The position numbers and the translations under genes were made by a program. The notes below the pieces were generated by a model. It was not told where the DNA came from and ran no database searches. It saw nothing but the letters and a program-made list of their open reading frames with translations. A stretch of 64,000 nt of DNA from Bispira polyomma. Lineage: Eukaryota. Shown piece after piece: positions 1-9,800 of this stretch. The DNA lies in contig OZ287749.1 in assembly GCA_965649765.1 (NCBI GenBank), positions 9,796,001 through 9,860,000 on the forward strand. The letters run 5' to 3'. Numbering within the stretch: the stretch's first letter is position 1; each line of letters begins with the position of its first letter.

Positions 1-807
1 TCCGTTTGGTGGTATGTTTACATCAGCCGCCATATAATAGACTGGTATCTGAGATTGGTTCATACTAAATTCGCGGCTTTCCGGATTTGGGACAGTTAGA
101 CCTTTGCAATGACTGATATTTCGGCTACTCGAGTTCAACTCGCTATTGTAGGCTCGACACTCGATCTGCAAAATGGCAGACGATCCCACCCCTACCACAC
201 ACTGCATCAATAAAATCACCTAAATAAAACGAACGTGCAGGTCTTGCCGAATCAAAAAACTAGACTTGTTTTGTCCAGAACTGACAGTGTAGATTTATAT
301 TGTTAATGTAACAAATTAATTTGGTCTCAAAACACACAAAAATAAGTTTTCATGGCATGAATGAATTTTATTAATAAGCAATAGACATTTACTGGTAGGA
401 GTGCTATATCATTTCCTATGGTACAGTGTCATTTTAGATTTTTAAGTATCGATTGTAGTAGTGGCTGTTCAATTACAATACATAGGCACTAGTCATGAAA
501 CTAATTCACCTACTACCTGCTTTTGCTAATATGTGAACAAAGTTATGATAAATTAGTAAACAAATAAGATTTTTCAAATAAAATATAAATATCCTTCTGA
601 GATGTTTTAACACTCTGCTGTCAAATCCTAGTTGTTACATGAGCTAAATTGAGTCTTAATACGTTACTGGCTTTTAAAATACCTGGCCAGTTGGTGTACT
701 GGTAATTAAGAATATTTGTGTAAATTTATCAATAGTATATATATATGTCGGTGTTTATTGTCTACAAATCAAGGTGAGCTTTGTGTGTCTTTTTCAAACA
801 GAAGATC

Positions 808-1335
808 ATGGCTGAGGAGGATCAAGAGACGCCACCTATGTTTCACCACACCAGTGTCAACACCCGTATTTCTGCATGGAATAAAGGTGGGGCGTCGGCT
901 CCAGCCAAGAAGTCGTCGATGCCTTACCACGGCATGTTACACATGCAGGAGATCAAAGGGCGCAATGAAGACTACGGGCGCCCTAAGGAGGGCACAAAGA
1001 CGGAGTTTCGGGGCAAGCAGGCAGGGGTGCGCATCAGCGGTGAGATTGTGGAATTGTGTCACGTGATCCGGGAGATGGGACTGCCAGTGTCAGACACACA
1101 GTATGCGATCAAGTTTGGCACTTTGTTTGAAGCCTACACAAAGATCTCAAACAAGTTGGTGGGTATGTTGATGAGAGCTCGCAAACAAGGCCTCATCATA
1201 TTTGAGGGGGAGATGCTGTTTCAGGGTCGAGATGATAATGTGATCATCCGTCTAATCAAGATGCCGGATGCACTGATGGAAGATCTAGAGCGCAGGAAGG
1301 ATGAACTACAGGGCCACGAGAGGAGAGATAAGTAA
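808..1335 (+). CDS. ABRA: Actin-binding Rho-activating protein (STARS)-like, C-terminal Costars domain, 175 aa, single coding exon
   Basis: ORF contains YGRPKEGTKT...FGTLFEAYTKISNKLVGMLMRARKQGLIIFEGEMLFQGRDDNVII, matching the ABRA/Costars C-terminal motif; ATG at 808 follows a splice acceptor ttttcaaacag (AG 800-801), implying an upstream non-coding exon. Confidence 0.9.
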   Translation: MAEEDQETPPMFHHTSVNTRISAWNKGGASAPAKKSSMPYHGMLHMQEIKGRNEDYGRPKEGTKTEFRGKQAGVRISGEIVELCHVIREMGLPVSDTQYAIKFGTLFEAYTKISNKLVGMLMRARKQGLIIFEGEMLFQGRDDNVIIRLIKMPDALMEDLERRKDELQGHERRDK

Positions 1336-3299
1336 GAGATAATGAGGGTCAGCATTTTGGTTGGGATGCTGCTCAACTAGATTATAATCTCCAATGAAAA
1401 CAGATACACTGTATAATTAATAACAGTATTAGTGGTTAGTTGTGAGAAATCCCGTTTTTGTCTAATTTTTCTGCCTCCATTTCTGTGCCCAATAACTGGA
1501 TAATTGGTTCCTGTATTGGGTTGAAAAATTGGAAATTTAAAAAGCTACAACTACCTATTGTTTGGTTGTTGTTTGTCTAGGCATCTCTACTCGCGGTTTT
1601 GGTAATTTCTGGCACTATTTAGGGAACTTTCAAATGTAATCCATTGAAAAACTTGGTAATCTATGTTACTTAACCCTCACAAACTATTCACCATTATCTC
1701 AGAATGGCAAGAGATGGAGCAGTTATGAACTCTTATTTAAACTTTTATTGAAAGTACAAAAGTGATAGTTTCAAATTTTGTTGGCTTTCTTAAATTTACA
1801 ATGATATAGTTTTCAGTTAATTTTTTTTTATGCTGAATACCTCCTTGGTTGTCCATAACTGACCAAAGTTTTTTGTTGTAAATGTAGTGCTGGTGAAGTT
1901 GTTGACGTCTTCCAACATGTAATTTATGTGACCAAAGCTCTAGGTCTTTGCAATTGATTGTTTTTGAAAAGGTTGTTTTTTTTACATTACAATGTACAGT
2001 GGGATTTTTACGGATCAATTAGTTTTTGTCTACTTATACTTATAGTCTATGCAGTTGGCACTGTGTGTCAGTCACATAATTATACACAACCGTTTCTTTG
2101 TTCAACACAGCATTTCACTGTAGTTGCCTTAAATTGTTTACAATGCAAGTATAATTTATTTGTACACTTTAGTACTATGTACATACATTTGTGCTGTTGG
2201 GTTGTTGTGTGTGTTTACACTGCTGCTTTGTTTCTTTACATGAAGTCATTTGTTCATATATACATGTATACGTATATCTGTTTGGAACCAATGAGCCACG
2301 GAGGTTTGTATTGGGCGAGATAACCTAGAGGTGTGATTTAGGTTGAGTTGTTTTTGAGGCTACAAAGCCTCACATGTATCGGTATTCAAATAGTTTGTTG
2401 GTTTTTTGTTTGTGTGTGTTTTTCTGTCCAAATGTGTATTTTAGTCTTTATATCTAGTCACTGTTCCTATTGAGTTGCATGTTTAAGCTGCTGTAATTGT
2501 AATGTACAGTAGAACCTCCATTAACCGAACTAGTTGGGAGAGCAAGATTGTCTTTGGATAATAGAACGTTTATCAAATAGAAGAGGCCTTTGTGTACAAA
2601 CAATAGGAAAATATTGATATGGGAGAGTGGAAATGTGCAAATCAGCCTGTTATTAGTAAAAGAATAAAAACTAAAAAAGGTTATATTCTTATTTTCCTTT
2701 GTTGGTATTTCATTCATATATACCAAAAACTTACAGTTGCAAGATATTTCCAAAACTTAATCAGCATTACCTGGCATTGCCCATTTTCCCAACCCGGGTT
2801 TCTTCTGGACGAGCAATACCTGGGTGGGGTTTTGTTTTCAACTGTTAAATTTTAAGTGTTCAAGATTGACCACTTGTTACGTGGAGTTTATTATGTTTGA
2901 AGGCTAGGGGTTTGTGGGTAACTAGGTTAACTTCTGTTATCCAACTATTCAATTTTACGAAATAATTTCCCAAATCTATGTTTACCAATGGTTTTGTACA
3001 TAATAACCAAAATATGTCTGTTCCATTTTATGAGCCTTCTATTATGCCAACACAATGTTTGCTCTCTTAACTTGATCAGACAGGGCTGGAATTAACAAAA
3101 GGTCTTAAGTTGGTATTAAATCTTACATTTTGTCTTGAGACATAGATTTTATCGAAGACTTAAGACCAAATTTTTTCTTGGCTAAAATTGGGATCACAAA
3201 AGGTCTTGCACAAAATTTAGACTTAAGCTTTGCCTCAACTTTAAGACATCTAGGAAGTAGTCTTAAGTTTTGAAAAAAGTCTTAAATATATATTATTAT

Positions 3300-3402
3300 T
3301 CAAGCTGTGGAAGCTAAAATGGTTAAGTTTTGGTGCTTTAAGCTGTGGAAGCTGAAATGGTTAAGTTTTGGTGCTTCAAGCTGTGGAAGCTGAAATGGTG
3401 CT
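3300..3402. repeat. ~38-bp tandem repeat, about 2.6 copies
   Basis: AAGCTGTGGAAGCTGAAATGGTTAAGTTTTGGTGCTT units. Confidence 0.85.
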
Positions 3403-5099
3403 GTTTTTGTACTGTATGCAATGTAAACTAGTGCTTTAATGTTGTCACATTTTAATTTTTAACTTGTATATATCTGTGTGTGTAAGGGTGACGACTTAAT
3501 GAAATCAACTACCTGCTTATTTGTTAAAAATTTAAACTATATGAAGACTTTGTTATTACACAGTGCAATACAAGTGTGTAACATTAGATTAGGATTAGGG
3601 GTGAGACAGGGGCCCGGTTACTTGATTACGGGCCAAATATTTAGGAAAACGAGTGAAATTTGCAATTCGGAGACTCGAGAACATATACGTTTTAATTTTA
3701 AAAAAACTTTTATATTATCACCTGTAGTTATAAATAACTTCTTCAAAACAATAATGTAGGTATATATGCAGGTAAGATACGTTTTCCTCTTAATTTTCAA
3801 TATTCCCAAAGATATTTGCCTTTATTTTTTGATAGATGTTGTTTATATCAGCCGCCATATTGTTAGACTGGTTTCTGGTGCATACTAAATTTGCGGTACC
3901 CAGATTCGAAACGGTTAGACACACTAGCGATTACTCAGGCCAAATTTTTATTGCCCGCCTTACCCCTAATTAGGATTTTTTTACTTTACACCCTGTATAT
4001 ATGGGGTATTGTTTTCACCAGTGTTGATTAGATGAGCAGACAGGTGGCAGCTGCCAAGTTTATCCAGGCGACTTCTTTGAAACCTGGAGACTGAGGAAGT
4101 TCATATTTGGTACAAATATTCCTTATGAGGGGTGTATAGGTTTACAATGTCATGGTCTGATTTCATTTAAAGACTGTGGGGTTTTGGCATCTCTGATGGT
4201 TTTTTGCTAAATCTGCTAGTACTCGGCTGGTGTGAAAGATAAACAGTGCCAAATATAAATGGGGTTATATACATTGGCGAATATGGCACTTGAATAACAT
4301 TTTTAAAATTAATTTGGAGTAAAAGGGTTGCAAATATTTTGTGGTGTGCGTCTTGCTTTTCATAAATAAGTTACTCAGTTGCTGCAATTCGCCAATACAT
4401 GTAAACATGTTTATCATTGGCACTAGCCGTGTGGTACATGTGCCTAATGTGTCTTACTAAAAATGTGGTCTATAATAACACTATATTCACAGAACCTGTT
4501 ACTGGATTGTTTTGATCTAACCAGTTTATGTGCAGTTAAGTATACAGTAAGCCATGTCAACATTGTACCATCTCCCGTACATACCCAAATTGTTTCTTTG
4601 TGTAAAACTTTTACAAAATAAAGCTGTTATTGTGATTTATTATGGGTTTTGATTTTGCACCAAAAAGTGAACAAGTCGTGGTCACTTAAAACACAGATTC
4701 TCCTGCTTTTGTCAAGTTACAGGTCAGGGATTCAAGGTCACATTAGTGTTGCCTCTTTTCTTTGTTGAACTAGAAACTAGTTATTTGAAAACAAAAACGA
4801 ACCCCTTATTCATGTCATTAAAAAGAATCGTACACAAGATCGGATATTAAGACGCAAACTGTACTCTATTTTCAAAGTGAGAACACGAACATGTATCCTA
4901 ACCTATACATAATAATTGTAAACTTTAAATTCAAGATTAAATCTGAAAATACTTTAGATTAATAACAATGGTAAATATTTTATATACAATATAGAAACTA
5001 GAATGTAAGTAGTACTTCAGAACTAGGATTCCAAGCAGTTAATGTCCCCATTACTCGGGGAGAAAAAACTGCTTTGACTGAAAAACTGTTTTTGCTCTG

Positions 5100-5358
5100 T
5101 TTTTTTTTTTTTGAATTTGGATATTTAACGTCCACTCTAGTACCTGTTTAGGTTATATTGGGACAGGTAGTTGGGAACGCTGGACGAAACACTCCATACA
5201 GTTGATCAAGGTTCTGCACTGAAACCAGCGGCCCACAGTAAGGAACTACTACCTTTCCCACATAGGCATCGACGGCATTCGAACTCACGTCGCCCAGAGG
5301 TGACAGACCAGTGACTGTGAAGCGCAATGCTTGCTAACCACTAGGCCACCACGGCCCC
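5100..5358 (-). mobile_element. tRNA-derived SINE, copy 1
   Basis: Minus strand starts GGGGCCGTGGTGGCCTAGTGGTTAG (A box), has GAGTTCGAATGCC (B box) and ends in an A-rich tail; closely similar second copy ~590 bp away. Confidence 0.8.
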
Positions 5359-5699
5359 TTGCTCTCTGTTGTAACAGCCATACAGCTGTTTTTTAGGATG
5401 ACATGTGGATTGTCGCCTAAATTAGTTATGTCTGAATAATTAATAGGGTGGCCAAAAATAGTATACCCCTTGTATATAGACAGTATACCCCTTGTAAGAT
5501 TTACCAAAATCTGACCAATGATGTTATCTAAACACAGTAACACAAACTGACTTTCAGCATATTTTTTTATTAAGAACCATATATCACACAGAGATTTGTA
5601 TAAGGTGATGATCTAGGGTCATCTACACTGTACACAAGTTTGTATAGAAACTTCCACACTTGGATCAATTCACTACAATGTGTACAGTCTGTACAGTTT

Positions 5700-5951
5700 G
5701 GATTTTGAATTTGGATATTAAACGTCTGCTCTAGTACCTGTTTAGGTTATATTGGGACGGGTAGTTGGAAGAACTGGAGGAAACACTCCATACAGTTGAT
5801 CAAGGTTCTGCACTGAAACCAGCGGCCCACAGTAAGAAACTACCACCTTTCTCGCATAGGCATTAACGGGATTCGAACTCTCACCGCCCAGAGGTGAGAG
5901 ACCAGTGATTGTGAAGCGCAATGCTTGCTAACCACTAGGCCCTGCGGCCCC
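5700..5951 (-). mobile_element. tRNA-derived SINE, copy 2
   Basis: Same ~250-bp body as 5100-5358, B box GAGTTCGAATCCC. Confidence 0.8.
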
Positions 5952-6359
5952 ACCACTCAGCCACTCACTCAAAATTGGAGCCAAGATGGATGTAGATCAT
6001 GAAAGAGTAAGTGAAAAAGTTAAAGGAGAAAAGAAAGTAGTAAAATAGTTGTGGAAAGAAAGAAGTAATGTAATAAGCAAGGATTCGGCACTACAATGTA
6101 CAGTTTGGATGTACCCCATGGAGCTCACATCTATGTGGTAGAGTCAGACTATAACACTGTCCCTGGCAGTGGCAGCTTTGTCTACAACCCCTACCCCGGC
6201 CTTTTTAAGTTCACCACAAGCCCCACCCTTAAGTCTGGTATTATCACACTTTCCCCTTCCCCACCACTGGTATGTTTGTTTTATTTTCATCACCTTCCAA
6301 TAATTGTCACCCACAATCATCTCTCCTTTACCACCCCTTAAACACCTTGTACTTTAAGC

Positions 6360-6530
6360 CCTGTATCACCACAATCCCACCCTGTATCACCACAATCCAC
6401 AATCCCGCCCTGTATCAGCACAATCCCGCCCTGTATCAGCACAATCCCGCCCTGTATCACCACAATCTACAATCCCGCCCTGTATCACCACAATGTACAA
6501 TCCCGCCCTGTATCACCATAATCCCGCCCT
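6360..6530. repeat. 21-28-bp tandem repeat (CACAATCCCGCCCTGTATCAC)n spanning the MRPS5 stop codon
   Basis: About 7 units; the first unit on the minus strand is the last codons AGG GCG GGA TTA TGG TGA. Confidence 0.9.
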
Positions 6531-6824
6531 CCTCAACATCTGGGCTTCAGGCTGGTTTCTCACTTCGTGCTCCCAGGTTTTCTTCCTGCGGTAGGATCGA
6601 GTCTTGGCGTAGAAGGGGACTTCAGGAGGTTTGTCGTACTCGCATTTATCTCCGTAATACAGCCAGTTGAGGTGTTTGTCCATGTAGGGACTGTCTGTCT
6701 TGATAGGTTCAGTACGTACCTCCCCGTCACTGGGAGAAGCTACTACACTCGGCATGTGGCCCCGCTCAGGGCGAGTCTCTACAACGTGTAACTTCATACG
6801 GTCAGCCAACTCCTGGTGGGACTC
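6513..6824 (-). CDS. MRPS5: MRPS5 last exon
   Basis: cctctag acceptor; ESHQELADRMKLHVVETRPERGHMP...RRAGLW-TGA; candidate AATAAA at 6280-6285. Confidence 0.88.
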   Translation of the reverse strand, partial: ESHQELADRMKLHVVETRPERGHMPSVVASPSDGEVRTEPIKTDSPYMDKHLNWLYYGDKCEYDKPPEVPFYAKTRSYRRKKTWEHEVRNQPEAQMLRRAGLW

Positions 6825-9800
6825 CTAGAGGGGAGATAGGACATAGAGAGTTAACACAGACACACATGTGGCCCCGCTCAGGTCAGGTTTCCACCACATG
6901 TAATTTCATACGATCTGCTAACTCCTGGTGAGACTCCTAGAGGGATATATAGGACATAGGGAGTTGACATAGACAATCAAACACTCACATGCACAGAAAC
7001 AATGTTAAACATGGCAATAAGTTGGTTTCTCCTGTAGGTCTGTACAGTTGCCTGACCGTGCTAGAAAGATTTGAATTCAATCATGTACATTATGGTGATG
7101 GTGACTAATTTTGGGTTGGTTGACCAGTCATATCTGGGGTGACTATGGTGTCACTGTATTGATATGCCATTGTGGTTGTGACCTCACAGGACAGTTGATG
7201 GTCTTATTAGAGGTGTACACAATAAGACACCCAGACAGCCAAGCTCAAGCTGTGTCTCAACCACATAAAAATTCATACAGTCAGTGAGTTCTTAGTGATG
7301 AGAGGGGAGATGAGTACAGAGGGTTCACCATAAACCCTGGGACACGCATATACACATCCAAACAATCAGACATATAACCACACAGACACTTTTAACCTCA
7401 TATGGTGAGCCAACTCCTGCTGGCTCTTCTAGAGCTGATATATGTACATGTACATACAGACACCCACATATGGCGATATATACGGCATTGAGAATAGACA
7501 TACGGACACACTCTACAAGTACTAACCTGGGTGAGTAAAGCCTGGAAGAATCCTTTGATCACAGCCTGTATGTTTTTGGTGCTTCCTTGGACCTTGACGT
7601 GGAGGTCGGTGATCCCAATCTGTTCACACACAGTCTTAATGGCACGGTGACAGACCAGGCCATGACCTACACAATACAGTGTTGAAAGATACAAAGTATA
7701 CCATGTACACACACCTATACCTGTACACACACCTATACCTCCTCACACCTCTTTCTCATACTCTTTTGACTAGGGGTGGGACAGTGGCATATTTTGAAAC
7801 CTTGTCCCAATCACCAGTTACCCGTTCACAGCCCTACTTAACCTCATCTTTCCTTCTCTTGTGTACAAAGATCTTGGACACTCTTCTTACCTGTATGCAC
7901 ACCTATACCTGTAAACACACCTGTACACACACTTATACCTGTACACATACCTATACCTGTAAACACACCTGTACACACACTTATACCTGTACACACACCT
8001 ATACTGGTACACACACCTATATCTGTACACACACCTATATCTGTAATCACACCTATACTTGTACACCCACCTGTACACACACCTATACCTGTACACACAC
8101 CCATACCTGTACACACACCTATTCTTGTACACACCTGTACACACACCTATTCTTGTACACACACCTATACCTGTACACACACCTATTATTGTACACACAC
8201 CTATACCTGTACACACACTTGTGCACACCTATACCTATACACACACCTACACTAGTACGCACATATACTTGTACACACACCTATACCTGTAAACACACCT
8301 GTACTTGTACACACACCTATACCTGTACACACATCTATTCTTGTACACGCATCCATACCTGTAAACACACCTATACCTGTACACACACCTGTACACGCAC
8401 CTATACCTCTCTCTCACACTCTTAAAACCTTACCTTTCCTCCTCTTATGTACAAAGATTTTGGACTTGTGGAACTGACTGAAGATGTTGTGGTAGACTGT
8501 GTGCTCCTCATATCGAGGGATGAACATCAGATTCTGGGCCGCTCGGTTCTTGGCCTGAGGGAGGCAGATGAGTGGGTGGATGAGTGGGTGAAAACCCCAA
8601 AGAGTTAAACCTAGCCCTACCCTAATTCACAGATTTAACCTAGCCCTACCCTAATTCACAGAGTAAACCTAGCCCTACCCTAATTCACAGATTTAACCTA
8701 GCCCTACCCTAATTCACAGATGTAACCTAGCCCTACCCTAATTCACAGATTTAACCTAGCCCTACCCTAATTCACAGAGTTAACCCTAGCCCTACTCTAA
8801 TTCACAGAGTTCAACCCAGCCCTACCCCAATTCACAGAGTTAATTTAGCCCTACCCTAATTTACAGTTAACCCTAGCCCTACCCTAATTTACAGAGTTAA
8901 CCTAGCCCTACCCTAATTTACAGAGTTAACCCTAGCCCTACCCAAATTTACAGAGTTAACCCTAGCCCTACCCTAATTCACAGAGTTCAACCCAGCCCTA
9001 CCCTAATTCACAGAGTTAACCCTAGCCCTACCCTAATTCACAGAGTTAACCCTAGCCCTACCCTAATTCACAGTTAACCCAGTCCTACCCTAATTCACAG
9101 AGTTAACCTAGCCCTACCCTAATTCACAGAGTTAACCTAGCCCGACCCTAATTCACAGAGTTAACCCTAACCCTACCCTAATTCACAGAGTTAACCCTAG
9201 CCCTACCCTAATTTACAGAGTTAACCCTAGCCCTACCCTAATTCACAGTTACCCTAGCCCTACCCTAATTCACAGTTAACCTAGCCCTAACCTAATTCAC
9301 AGTTAACCTAGCCGTACTCTGATTAACAGAGTTAACCTAGCCCTACCCTAATTCACAGATTTAACCTAGCCCTACCCTAATTCCCAGAGTTAACCCTAGC
9401 CCTACCCTAATTCACAGAGTTCAACCCAGCCCTACCCTAATTCACAGAGTTAACCCTAGCCCTACCCTAATTCACAGTTAACCTGGCCCTACCCTAATTT
9501 ACAGAATTAACCCTGGCCCTACCCTAATTCACAGTCAACCTAGCCCTACCCTATTTCACAGAGGTTAACCTAGCCCTACCCTAATTCACAGTTAACCTAG
9601 CCCTACCCTAATTTACAGAATTAACCCTGGCCCTACCCTAATTCACACAGTCAACCCAGCCCTACCCTAATTCACAGTTACCCTAGCCCTACCCTAATTC
9701 ACAGTTGCCCTACCCTAATTTACAGAGTTAACCCTAGCCCTACCCTAATTCACAGTTAACCTAGCCCTACCCTAATTCACAGTTAACCTAGCCCTACCCT

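Noticed and set aside
5260-5358. Possible tRNA gene (A/B boxes)
   Set aside because: No clean cloverleaf, and it continues into a shared 3' body and A-rich tail in two copies, so it is a SINE head
7679-8425. 248-aa ORF (THTYTC repeats) and overlapping antisense ORFs
   Set aside because: Translations of an 18-bp minisatellite inside an MRPS5 intron; no protein signature
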